64,000 nt of DNA from Antedon mediterranea (lineage: Eukaryota > Animalia > Echinodermata). The DNA is taken from NCBI RefSeq assembly GCF_964355755.1, contig NC_092677.1:14716101-14780100 (forward strand). Direction: 5' to 3'. Below are positions 1 to 13,587 of the stretch, piece by piece. The notes beneath the pieces were generated by a model, which searched no databases, was not told the origin of the DNA, and saw only the letters and a list, made by a program, of their open reading frames with translations. A program made the translations under genes and the position numbers. Position 1 is the stretch's first letter. Each line of letters starts with the position of its first letter.

Positions 1-554
1 AAAAAACGGCCTGGGCTGTTTATTGTTTAGGTGGTTTTTAGGTGGACATTTATTGGAAGAAAGTTGTTTATTCAATGGGAGGGGGTATAATCTAATGGAA
101 ATAGACGCCGATTATTCCATATGATGTGTCATGAGAGTGACATGGTCACCGTTTATTTGAGGGAAATTTATTTAAAGATCGCCGTTTATTCGGTGAGTGA
201 ACATTGAGGTCAAATATCAAAAGTGATATTATTCTTCAAGTGTACAAAAATACAAATGACAAATTTGAGACAAAAATTAATTCTTTTAAGACCAGTGGTT
301 ATCGAAGCATTGTCCTGACGCAAAAATTATTATTATTATTAGCGAACCCAGTTTTTACAGTAAATACAGGGAGTACTATATAATACGTTCGACTATCCTA
401 TGATCATGTGACAATCTTCAGTTTATACCAGGCTATATTTATGTTCAATCTTTTACTTTTGTTTACAATAATGAATAGTAATTCGTCAAAGTAAGAATTA
501 AAATATAGTTATTAATTCCTATTATACGCTGTTGCAGAGGTCAGGTTGTTGAAT

Positions 555-1288
555 GGTCTGGGTGTTAGTTGTCCGTCCGGGGGGTAGTTGTTCTAAAGGG
601 ATAGTTTTCTGGGTGGTAGTTGTCCAGGGGTTAGTTGTCCTACGGAGGTAGTTGTCCTAAAAGATTATTTGCCCTCGGAGTATTGTCCAGGTCCAGGAGG
701 TAGTTGTCCTACGGGGAGTATTGTGTCAGAGGCAGTTGTCCGCGGGGTAATAAGATTATGATAATATAATTTCTAATTTGATACGATTAACCAAAAAGGA
801 ATTACAGTGATACGGGTTACTGGTGGTACTGAGCTATTATTGTTTTTTTTTATCATGTATATAAATATATTGTATAATCCGGGTTGTAAAATGAAAACAA
901 ACAAATGAAATGTTGTCCAGGGGTTAGTTGTCCTACGGAGGTAGTTGTCCTAAAAGATTATTTGCCCTCGGAGTATTGTCCAGGAAGTAGTTGTCCTACG
1001 GGGAGTATTGTGTCAGAGGTAGTTGTCCGCGGGGTAATTACCCGGGGAGGAGGGGGTAATTGTCCGGGGGGTAATTGTCCGGGGGGTAATTGTTCCTAGG
1101 GGGTAATTGTCCGGGGGGTAGTTGTCCTAAGGGGGTAGTTGTCCTAAGGGGGTAGTTGTCCGGGGGGTGTTTGTCCGGGGGTAGTTGTCCTAAAGGGGTA
1201 GTTGTCCTAAGGGGGTAGTGGTCCAGGTGGTGGTTGTCCGGGGGGTAGTTTTCCGGGGGGTAAATGTCCAGGGGGTGAATATCCGGAT
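555..1288 (+). repeat. G-rich minisatellite (15-17 bp units, consensus GGGGGTAGTTGTCC), probably the subterminal array of a non-autonomous DNA element
   Basis: Many copies of ggggg-ta(g/a)ttgtcc, most regular at 1052-1275. A ~130-bp block is duplicated (619-751 vs 912-1038) around an AT-rich spacer. Confidence 0.85.
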
Positions 1289-4200
1289 ATTATATAGAAA
1301 TTGTATGACGAGTGACCATGGAACAAGTCGTTGTGGAAATGATTTGTCTGCTTCACATGGTCCTTGCCATTTATCATCATTTTAGGAGCTTTTTTTATCT
1401 TCGTCTGCTATCTTGTACTAGCGTTTTATGTAGGTGTTTATTACCTTTACTATACTAGCCACTTCCTTCCACTTCTGTGGTCTGAACTAATCTAACACCA
1501 AATTAAAACAACAGTTGCATAATAAACATGTATATCTTTCATTTGAATATCAAGCTGTTTTATTGTTTTCATCGATATATTTATTTGTTTGTCCTAGTCT
1601 AATACTAATTTTGAATTAAATGTACAATGCTAATGTGTGCTGTTATTAAAATATCTAATCTTAGATATTTTAAGAAAGAAATTGCGTAGTTATTAATATT
1701 AATAATCATAATAGTTACTCTATATTTATCGTACTAATATCTTAATGAGATATTACAAATTATTGTTTAAGAAGAGTTAATACTAAATAGTGGAACATTA
1801 TATACAGATCAGAGTTAATATATGTAGAAATAGTCAATAATTATTAAATATTAAGAATACTGTATAATGTATAGGGAAATACTATGTGGAATTGGTGCAT
1901 GATATATTAATTATGAATGCATTTAGTGGGAAACAGTGTTATTTAAGAGGTCATCTCTGCAATATGATCAGTGGTCTCAGTAAATTATTCAAAAATTGAT
2001 CAGAAATTTGTCTGTTGTGGTAAGGTAACCCAGCATTTGGCAACTTCATTATTCATGATGTTATCTCTGATTTGTCCAAAAAAAAAACACTCTTCAATTT
2101 GTAATTAACTAATAGTATTAGGCAAATATTTATTATTAATGATGATTATCTTCCATTTAACATAACAACTGTTTCAAGATGCTAGTAGAGTAAGTACTGA
2201 TAGGCAAGAACGATCATTATTCATGAAGAATCTGACAAAAACATATCTTATCACAATGCTAAGTATGTATGGTATTGGTTGGTACTGTAGGTGGTATTAT
2301 TATTATATTATTATATTATGATACCATGGTGACTAAAAGTGTTTATTTTTATATAATATATACGGTATGTCACATTGATAATTACATAATTCTATGATAA
2401 CATTACAAAGTTATTAGATGTTATTTTGGATAATTTTCTAGTAGTCTTCATTATTCATGCTTTAGTAACAATTATTTTTGGCGACACATTTTTTCTTTCA
2501 AAATCGAGTATTGTATGTCAGTTCACTATTGTTTTTTTTCTTTTGTAATGCTACTTATCATTATCACTTATTTATTTGGTTTCTTATTGATAATTATCCA
2601 GTGGCTGGCAGTGTATCCCCAAAACAGTTTTAAGAATAAAATGAAAGATTGGCCATCTTGCGTACAGACCAATCTCCACTAAGATACACTATAAAATAGA
2701 AGTACTTGTCAATTATAGATTCAAGTTATTGAATTTCAATGATAGATCTGAAGCTTCCATCGGCTTTTTAATGTTATTGAACTTAACACTTTGGCAGTTC
2801 AATTTGGGCCTTCAAATCGATGTGTTTTCTAGGCTTCAGAAGTCTCCCCTCTGGCTTAGCCTTGGAAAATGTGTCAGCCTAACGAACGTGTTCAAAATGC
2901 CACATTTCCTAAACCTTTCAGCTTCAAATATTTCTATTATGATATAGGAAAGATTTTTGATTAATGTTGATTTTTCAATTATGTCTGCTAAGATATTTGG
3001 AACATAATCGCTGCAAATGATGTTAGTAGTCTAAAACTGTCAGCTGTTGAGTTTGTTTTCTGCAACAGGAGCTTATTTTTCTTTCAAAATTACATTATAT
3101 ATTTTCAAGTTTGTGGGTGGTTTAAAGAATTCGGAAAAGAAGTATATTAAAGGAAAACGTCTATGATAAGAGAGAGATGTGTAGTTTGCCCTTGAAACGA
3201 ATTGATCTATGTTTTTCTCATTAACAAAATCAACTATATCCCAAATAATAATGACATTTTCCCCCTAGAAACGTCCGGTTCTTACTACTAGAATACTACA
3301 ACACCCTTTGTATTAAAAAAATGATATTGATTGTCAACTATAATTATTGATACAGTTTTCTATTTAGGTCTTAATTAGTGTGATTTTTTGGGGGTGGTAA
3401 ACGCCTAGACAGTTAGGCTACTCGCTATTAAACCTGACAGACAATAGAAGTGTGCTTTTCCTATATAATTTTAATTACTCCGCCTAATGAGATTAGGTAA
3501 TTTCCTCTGTCTTTTATCAATGTTTACGACTATTAGGTACGCAACCTTACAAATCTACATAAAAATGTACAAGCGGCAAATCGCAGTTTCAGACAATAAA
3601 CAATAGTATCTTTCTTAATCTTGATATTCTGTGCTAGATATAAATTCATGCTCTATAAAGTTTATGAACACTGTTTCAATAACTTGATTGTTCCAACCAT
3701 TTGCCTGGGGATGTTATACACCCTTTTTCCTAGTGCCCTTTTCAAACTAGACCAGCAGTGCAAGTGCTAGAATATTGGTCTAGCTTATGCAATTTCTGGC
3801 CAAACCCACAGCAGGTTCATTTTACCTCCTAGGCCACACCTAAAACAATCTTTTCCTTTGGTCCTGTGTTCAAGTGCTTGAGATTTGGGGAAAAATGATC
3901 CTACTTTAAGAATCCTGGCTACTGTACATGGGTATTCCTTCACTTTACATTGTGTCATCTCTGTTAATTGATGTTCATAACCAAGATTTGTTTTCATTGG
4001 AGTTCAGCTTCCTTCAAGTTTATTACCTGTATATTTTTCTCTAAAGGCATTTATGTCCGTATATTTGCATTCACGCAAATTAGCCGCTGTAAAATCTCAT
4101 AATAATTTAAAGGTTTTATTTTTAAACGGGAAGGCTATAAAACGATGTTTAGTTTTCTGGCGTCGAGCTAACCTAACAAAATGTATAGAAAATATTTGAA

Positions 4201-7200
4201 ATAGTTGCAACATATCTTTACAATTTGTACAATTAGATGGGACATTTAGAAATTTGTGACAAAGGATCTCATTTACTTATAGTAAAAATTATTTACTGTG
4301 AATACAGTTTAGATATAGGAATACAGAAAGATATACAATGATAATTACATTAGGAATACCAAACAAAATAACAATCATTTGTATGATATCAACCCGATCA
4401 TCAATAAATGAAAGATGAATGAAACAGTAACAACACGTTAGACTAACAAGGCAAGTAAATTGTTCATTAAATCCAACAAGTTTTTATCAGTTGCCCAATC
4501 AGATTTACCAGCAGATAACTGGTTCTGGGGTGTTTACACTAGTATAGCATTATTGCACACTTGGGAGTTTGCTGTATTTATATTATGTTTTGACATTTAA
4601 CCACCTGCATTTATGCATCTGGTATTATGGTTGACACAGGCAGCATCAAGATTTTTCCGTTAACCTTTAACCACCTTTTTACCCTAACATTTTTTTGTTC
4701 AATTGAGCAAATAAATACATTTTAATCACATAAAAATATTATATAGTTAAGAAAATACTGCTGTACATTATTAAATCTTAGAGACTATTTTCTGCATGAT
4801 TAATCATACTAAACAAACAACTCTCCCATTTGGATAAAACTACTTACAGTACATGACTTTTCTGGAAAAGTCAGTTGGATAAAAAGATAAACAAATGTTT
4901 TTGCTCCAGAATAACCATGGAAATATCATACCCTGCAATAAATCTTGAATAAACATATATATCTTCCATAGATATGTAGAATCTGCAACATTTATCAGCT
5001 TGAATTTTAAAGGCAATAACTAGCCATTACAGTAAATTCTTCCCCCACACAGAGCATCAACAACAGTATTTTTATTTCTTTTTGACTGACAACATTGAGA
5101 CTGAGCAAAGTTTATCTCAATACAATTTACGTGATTTTCTAATAAAAACAACTTGGAAAATTCTTTAGGAGAGAATTGAACTCTTGTTAAGTAGACTTAA
5201 CCTGAAATTGAAATAATTCATCTTGCATGGAATTAACCATGTTCCGACTATACTCATACTCATTTCGATTATAAAAACCGGTGGTGAAATGAACAAGCTC
5301 TTTCTGTTGGTAATTTGACTAATTTTTACAGCGTGTTCCTCAGGCACGTTGCCCTAATAAAGGAATGAACTTACCAGAGTTATTCCATTCAAATCTATCA
5401 AGATATCAATATATACCTATCAAAACCGTATTTATCTATTTTTTTTATAAATATGTGTACAGACTAAGACAACAGTATGCAAATAATTGATTTAACATTG
5501 TTATACCTATAAAAGTACAATATCTTCATCATCCCAGTTCAACTTTGAACTTTATTCCCCCTTCTCGACTGTAAGTAGTAGCCGGCTTCTCTTAAAACCT
5601 CCCATCTTGTTTGTTTCCCATGAAATGAAAGTAAAAATTAATGCAATATGTTGATCAAATGTAATTTTACATCTCACGATAAAAACATCTGTGATTTAAT
5701 CATAGCTTTTATAGGTAAAAGCTGATTATTAATCCCAACAACAGAAATGGTCTATTGTCTTTAGGTAAGCCCACCATGTCAATGAACCTACAGTATTTTG
5801 TTGATTTTACAGGACAGGGTATAACTTGCACCAGTCCTGACATATGTGTATCCAATTAGACCCACAGACTACAGGCCTAGAAATAGGTGCTAAAATAGCT
5901 AGCTAGTGGTCTGTGTAGGATTTGTCTTATTGTCAAATTAAAATGTGCACCCCAGGGGCCTAGCTCTCTGGCTGTTTCGCAAATTAACACCAGCCCTAGG
6001 ACATCTGCTAAGGTATTAGAGGGTGTTACAAAGGTGGCTAAAGTGTGAAAAATCACCAATAAATATCATAATCAGTGAATGCGATGATAATTTCAAGCAA
6101 GGATGAAAACATTAAAATATTAATGACAAGTTTCTTTGATGTTGGCTTCATATGAAAACGAGTTTTGATTTTTCCAGAACACATTAAACATGAGAACTCA
6201 AGGTCAATATCAGTGAAAGCTATTGTTCTCAGGATTAAACTGCTTAGGCACAGTGCTTTTCTGTGCATAATTTACTAAGTGCTTCTGACACAAGAATTGA
6301 AAATTATTTTCACTGAATTAATATGAATTTAAAATTCTAATTTTGACCTAGAATGGAACATTCTTGTGGTTCATGTGTTTTATATAAAATTTAAATTAAG
6401 CAGTTTATAATTAACTTGACATGAGGTTAGAACACTGTATTATGCAAATAATATGAATAATATATTTGGTTTATATACATACTGTACACCAAGAATATTT
6501 GTTCTCAAATACAATATGATGAAACCCAAGTTTAATGATATCTCAAATAAAATGGTTGGTACTGTACTGTACATCCATAAAATGTATTTTTTATTATATA
6601 GTACATGACAAAACATTGATACTCCAAGGTTGTCTCAATTATTAGCATTTTTCCTGGTACTATACATCTACCACCTTAGTCTCTAAATTGTATTGATCTT
6701 TTGTAAACTTATATGGTTAAATATCTGCCTATGTTTAACCTTCTCAAATATTTTGAGTGTAGTCCTGGATAGCCACAAGTTGTTTGTACAGCAGTGCTCT
6801 GCAGGGTTCAGGCCAGTTTCACCCTTTTAAAAGACAGGCCTACTGTAAGTTGTCACTCTGGTGTTTTATCAACTTCATGTGCCTTTAATAATATGTCTTG
6901 CCTGCTCAGTTATTGACCTGACTTGGATATGTTTGGATAAATCCCATGTACAAACAGAAAACTGAAAGCTACAACATACAATAATACATGGATAGCTATC
7001 AAATTCAAGTTTTACCTTTTCAGCATGACAAAAAATACCCTTTCTAATTGTAAGAATGTAATAAAAGACTTCATTCTCATTATGAGAATTGTAACTTTAC
7101 AGTATTTGGTTAAGAGTAAAAGAATGCATATCCAGGGACTGTGTGATACATCATTTCAAATTCATTGTAGTTTCATAATGTTTGATGACAGATTACTGTT

Positions 7201-7449
7201 CTGTTGTTAGCTACCTCCACTAGCAAGATCAAGGGAGTAAATTATCAGCTTTCCAGTCAATCATTATTTAGACAGTCTGTGTAAAGTTCCTTGGAAAGTT
7301 TGCAATTTTGATCTGTGGAAATTCTTCAGTTTTTGCCCTAGTAGACACTAGGAGGAAGAGGCCCCATTTACTCTTCAGCTTAAATAGCAAGCCCGAGCCA
7401 AAAGTGCACAAGTGTAAACACTCTGGGAACAACCGAGCCGGCCTCGAGT

Positions 7450-8730
7450 CGGTCTAAGATTGAAATGTGTCCGGTGTTTAAAAGTGTCCACCAGACAATT
7501 TTCAGCATTGAATAGTGTAACACCAGCTGTTGAAAATGGTTGCAACACCCGGGCAGTTTTCATCGATAACAAAGTAGGACCATCGACTGTCATATCAACT
7601 TAACCCTGTAAAAACTAGGCCGCTGGACATTTACCAACTCCCATTAGGGTAATAAGTAATTAATTAATTCCCTAGAATACCAACTTGAATCACAAAACAA
7701 AACAAAAAAACATGTCAATCCAAATAAATATTATTAATATTGTTATATCAGGAGACATACTGTAGTCTTATTATACGACCTGTTGTTTACAGAACAGACA
7801 TATCAATTTAAAGTAAATGGACGTAATTCGAAAAAAATATATAATGGTCGCTAATTGGAGGTGTTTTAAGTAAAGTGAGGAAGAGGACCAGTACAGTTAC
7901 TTAATTTTTTCGCAGAATTTAAACTATTTATTATTCTTGTCTTTACTCCTACCAATTAATAAATGGTCGCTAATTGGAGGTGTCTTAAAGTAAAGTGATA
8001 TTTAATTAGAAGAGGACAAGTACAATTACTTGTATTTTGTCACATAATTAAACCTATGTATTCTTCTTGTCTTTACTCCTACCAATTAATAAAATGCTCG
8101 CTAATTGGAGGTGTTTTAAGTAAAGTGGTCCTTTATTGAAAGAGGACCAGTACAATTACTTGTTTTTTGTCACATAATTAATAACTATACTGTATATTCT
8201 TCTTGCTTTATTAATACTAAATAATATAATGGTCGCTATTTGGAGGTGTTTTAGGTAAAGTGATTTTTAATTGGAATATGACAACTTCATTTACTTGTTT
8301 TTGTCACATACCTGTAATTAAAAATTATTTATTCTTCTTGTCTTTACAAATAATATAATGGTCCCTAATTGGAGGTGTTTAGGCAAAGTGATCTTTAATT
8401 AGAAAAAAAAATATAGTTTGGCATCATTAAGTATTATTGGTCATTAAAAGAAGACAAGTGCATGCGCGATCAAAACCTGAATCTCAAATCATCCCAACCA
8501 CCTATCATAAAACGGCCGGTTACTACCTGACCGCTAATATTTCCTTGTACAGTATTTAATAGTGGACGCATTTCAATCCATGGGTCAGACATTATTAAAC
8601 GAGCCGGACATTATTAAATTGTTGAAAAACGCCCGCGAACCCATTAAAACATGCAACTGGACACTATCCAATGCTGAAAAGTGTCCGCCCGGACACTTTT
8701 GAATGCTGGACACATTTCAATCTTACACCG
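7450..8730. mobile_element. Non-autonomous DNA transposon (1281 bp) with ~70-bp imperfect terminal inverted repeats
   Basis: 7450-7518 (cggtctaagattgaaatgtgtcc...ttttcagcattgaatagtgt) matches the reverse complement of 8661-8730 (cggtgtaagattgaaatgtgtcc...ttttcagcattggatagtgt). There are repeated GGACA/TGTCC motifs near the ends and no transposase ORF. Confidence 0.85.
7843..8401. repeat. Tandem array of ~4.3 units of 119-135 bp inside the TIR element
   Basis: The unit head aatggtcgctaattggaggtgttttaagtaaagtg recurs, with variants, at 7843, 7962, 8093, 8228 and 8357. Confidence 0.92.
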
Positions 8731-11700
8731 GCTCAATTTTGAGCCTAGTCTAGAGTAGGCTTCGGGCCGGCAATTGATGATTGATCAACCAGATTAATGA
8801 TTAATTAACCTATTGAAAGTACTAAATTGAATCCTTTTGATGTTTAACCAACAGTGTTCATTAACTATAATTCTCTTCAAGATTATCTAAATCCGTGTAT
8901 CGACTATTCATCACTATAAGTATTCTTTCTTGATTATCAGGGTGTGTTCACTAACTCTTCATAATGAGAAGTAATGTACAAAGTTGTTAAGATTGGTATT
9001 CATAGATTAACATTCAATTAGCAACCAATTAGATGGATAATAGGCGATAAAGATTCTTCAACACTTCAAAGGAAAGTGTTGGTGAACCAACATGGCAGAT
9101 TAGGATTACATGATCAGGTCGAAGGTCGTAGAGAAACAGCTGGTTTGATTACTGATCCATATTAATTATTCTTTACTAATATTTCTTTTAATGTTAGAGT
9201 ATTACATTTTAAATTGACCTATGCACCATACTTTGTAACATTAATTGAAGAATTCACCTGTTTAAACATCAAAGTATACCGTATATCATTCTACAGTATG
9301 TCTGAAATTAAATATTACTTCTGAAATGAAATGGTACATCTGAAATGAAATAGTAATTTATTTATAAAGAATATTCGCTAGATTTCGGAAGTAAACAATT
9401 ATAAGAAGTCCAATATCTTGTGTGCTTTTCCAGCCACTGCTTCTTAATTAAACCGCCTTCTCTTTATCAAGGCTCTTCAATCTTCCATCCAAGTTCTTCA
9501 AAATGTTTACAAGCTTTTTAGCACAACAATAAATCTTTTCTGGTTTTTTTTTTTCGATTTAATCTTGCATGATTGATCCTGTTAATTGATTAAGATTATA
9601 ATTCAGTCCATTTAATCTTTGTACATTAACGTTAAAATCTTATAAAAACAAGTAAACAAACGTTCACCCTTGTCATTGTTTGATTCCGCAATTCAATGAA
9701 TTTGACGCACCTTTGAAAACTCGACAAATTTCATTCTTGATTGTATTGGCAAATTTATTTATTGTCATTAATTACTCTTGGAAATTAATTAATATAAAGT
9801 AAGCTAGGCGACAACAATAATGAATGCAAGTTGATCTAATTGATTTGAATTATTCGTTGCGAGTCGGGCTGACGTTAATTCTGAATCGGATTATTGAAGG
9901 GTATACTAGCGGCAAGACGGTATAAATACAAACCGTGATTACTATTTTATTAAACTTTATCCAGGTGAATAGCTTGGAATTATGAAAATGTCCAAATACG
10001 CGTACGCTAAAGAAAACAACGGTCTTTGGGTAGTAGCATCCGATCAAGCGTTCCTAATATGATGAAGTGTTTTCTTCGGGGCGCTTGGTCAATGCTCCAC
10101 GAGTCTGAGAAAAGATAACAGTTTAAAGGTACAATGGCTGTGAAAAAGATCACATGAGTGTGAAATCTTTGACATGGAAATGAAGCGTTGGCAGTCATAT
10201 TGATCTCGGTCTGTCTTGATGAGTCATTATTAATTGCGGTAATTAAATGTTTTGATTAGCAATTAATAAGAATAGCCTGGTGCATCAAACAAATTATTTC
10301 ACTATTTGGTCACAAATTAATCTTTTCAGCAATTATTATTAATATTATATTACTTTAATATTCTTTCATATCAGCGATGAAGTTCTTCTTGCATTAAATA
10401 ACACTAAAAAATCTTATTAGAACAGAGAATTATTACAAGCTGTAGTCAGCCTGTATGTATGTATAAAAGAATACTGGTTAAAGTTTAAATCTAACTTATC
10501 AGTAAAAATATTTTACAATTGATGAACTTTTAAGTTACTATGCATATATCTATTAACTACAAACAATAAATTATTATTATTTTGAAATGTTGGACCAGCC
10601 TTATAAATTTAGTTTAGAACCATTTTGATATACTGTATTTATAATATATACATACGTTTATTGTTTTGATTACATTTATTGTTTATTCCCTAATAACAAA
10701 ATGTTTATTTTACTGTCACGACCGTCCAAAAATGATGGCCTCAGTCATGAAACTAATTGAAACGTACATAATAACATTAGATAAACATGAATATGTTTGC
10801 AAGTCGAATGATGTATGTTGGCTGACAAGTTCCTGATTGAAACCTACGCATAGATCACATACTGGAGACTGCAGAAGATTAATTTACTATATCGCTGCCT
10901 CAAATATACTCAATTGGCTTATACTGCCAATTTTTATTTATCAGTTTTAGAAACAGTATTTCAAAAGTTTCTAATGTTCCTAATGAATGGCAGACATTTT
11001 AAAATGTAAAATACAATTTTCTATAAAAAATATATTTATCAGAGTTTAGAAAAACCCTTTAAAGCAATGGTCATCAACGTCTGCAACTACGGTAGACATG
11101 AAGGTACCAGAAGAAGATTTATAGAAATGAATTTTCTTTCAAATAACTGTATCTAATTTTTATTTACTTGACATACTTCTTTCATTTGATAAATTACCAA
11201 ATATGTAATAATTTTATTGATTAATCTAATTGATAATTTTTCCATAAATCCCTGTACAATAAAGAGTTCTGACACTGACCTTTCTTTATACAGTACAATT
11301 TTAATTTGTACATCTTTTGCAATAGTTTTTATAGTTAAAATGCATTTTTTTTAATATATAAATTTTAACAAACAATTTACATGCAGATGAAGTCAGTGTA
11401 CATCATTAATGATATGTGAAGGAATGTCAATAAAAACAAAACACTTTTTTTTTTCAATACGACCTCTAGGCACTTGGAATAGGAATTGTTTTATGTTTTT
11501 CAATTTGACATTTCAAACCAAAGTAATTTTTTTCGCAGTATATTTCTGTTTTAGGCTACCTTACATGCCATCAGAATCATTGATTAGCATTCTGTCTTAA
11601 AGCCATAAACCTTTAAAGCTTTACTATTAAGTGATAATTACAATGATACTACATACTGTAATGTTAACAGCCTCCTGTCTGGAATCTTGAATCGTAACTA

Positions 11701-13365
11701 TAACATTATCCAACTGGTGACATGCTTTATCGACCTTTTTCCATTTTGTACCCATCGGCATTCTGATTCTCCACTTGGGTAAAATAATCAAATACTAATT
11801 TCACTCTGTGGTATTCTACCTTATTGTCTGCTATACAATTTATTTGAACATGTTTAAAAATTAGAAGTGATCTATAATTGAATTTTGTAAAGCGTTCTTT
11901 AGGCTATGATCATACCGCCGATAACGGTTTCATCTCTTCCTTTCAATTTGGTGTTACATTCCATCTGGGGAGATAGAGTTGCCTTTAGCCTTTTGTCAAC
12001 AACTTGTTGTTTAGTGTAATCAAATGTTCGTGCCTGTGGTTTCATTGTAAAACTTGTCAAAAGATTTGTATTCGTATTCTTCCATTACCATCGTTTCCTT
12101 ACTTCGGTCAACAACACAAGTTTTAAGTATTTCTTTTGTGTTGTGTGTAAACGATTGGTTTGATAAGACTTTGATGAATTGCCTTTTTCGGAATTCTACC
12201 CCTTCTCGATTAACGTTGCCTTAAGGCATTGTAATCATTCTCATTTTTTAACAGTATAAGTTGACCGAATCCAAAGGTAACTACAGCCTAGTTTTTCTGG
12301 ATGCAAACATTCGTAGTAGACTCATTAAAATTCAACTACATCTGTGTATTGTGTTTGCAACATGTTTATAACAATAGACTAGTTGTCGCTTAGGTTTTTG
12401 TGTTTTGTTCACATTATTTTCACTCTATTAAACCTATAAAAAATCTATTGAAAGTATATTGAACTTGTAAAATTGTATCCATAGAGGTGGAAGAATTTAC
12501 TAGACATACCAAATCGAAGATCAAATCTGCAGATAAAGGAATTTAGTGGATGGAATAAACTACAAGTTAAAATGAAATGATATTATCTCTGTATTATTAT
12601 TTCTTTTGAAATGGTATTGTCAAGTTATTTACTGTATTTGAAATAGAATTTGTAATGTCATAATTTCAGTTCGTTTGTCAATTTTTTAAAATAAAAATGA
12701 ATATTATAAGATATAATATTTCATTTGGCTTCTGTGTTTGTCTTGAGAATATGGCCATGTCAAATGTTGTGAATGCCATTTTAAAATGTGTTCAACCATC
12801 TTTCATTCGGTAAGCTTACTGATTGGTTTATAGATTTTAATGACTAAGGTTCAATCAGGGTGTAAAAAAATGTCCAGGGGAAGCAATTGCCAATGAGTGC
12901 AGTCATGCATGAAAGATTTACAGATTGTTGACGTCTTAATGAAGTAATTAATATTCGTATTCATGATAAACCAACTGTCATCACCATCATATTACCTACA
13001 ATCGATTTAAATTCTAATCATTTTTTTTTATTACAAATTTCCATCAATTTTGTTTTATTATGAAATTTTTAATTTATTTTAAATACACAATCTGGTCAAA
13101 AATAAGGCCAACATGCTAGAAGGAAGGTTAAATACATTTTTAATTTTGACTATTCAGAACTGAACCATTTTAAAATTATGATTATGTGTAAATCAATGAA
13201 TGCATTAATGGATGTTGATTGAAGAGTTCATTCAATTTATTTCACCATTTATCCAGAGACTCTTCAATTTACGTGTCAAAAAAAGAGATGTATAAAATGG
13301 GTAAATTTAATATTTTAAAAAAAATATTTAATAATAAACTTTTTAGCCTGCTACCTACCATTGTT

Positions 13366-13587
13366 TATATATATATATATATAAAGAGTCGCTATCCAAT
13401 CGAGTTTGAACAATACCATGAAAGCCCCAGTGGTCTAATGGTTAGGACATCTGCATATCAAGTTTGAGTCTCGGTTGGGGCGACTTTTTCTCATTCTCAC
13501 AGATTTCCTCATCTTATTGTTTCGAATTAATTAATTAAATTTCAGTATATCACCGAGCGGTTTCGAATTAATGTTCTTTGCTTGATT

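Noticed and set aside
1-200. Repeated GTTTATT motifs resembling pogo-like MITE subterminal repeats
   Set aside because: Truncated by the window edge and too degenerate to define termini.
905-1099. Cys/Pro/Gly-rich ORF resembling a toxin or metallothionein-like peptide
   Set aside because: It is a translation of the GGGGGTAGTTGTCC minisatellite, with no signal peptide or gene context.
3785-3997. ORF with CFRCG, resembling a gag zinc knuckle
   Set aside because: It lacks the H and last C of CX2CX4HX4C, and there is no surrounding retroelement sequence.
7843-8401. Repeated ~35-bp motif with ~90-bp intervals, superficially CRISPR-like
   Set aside because: The intervals are homologous to each other (a tandem repeat), the context is eukaryotic, and there are no cas genes.
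13424-13482. Functional tRNA gene
   Set aside because: About 14 nt of the cloverleaf are missing and the B box is degenerate.
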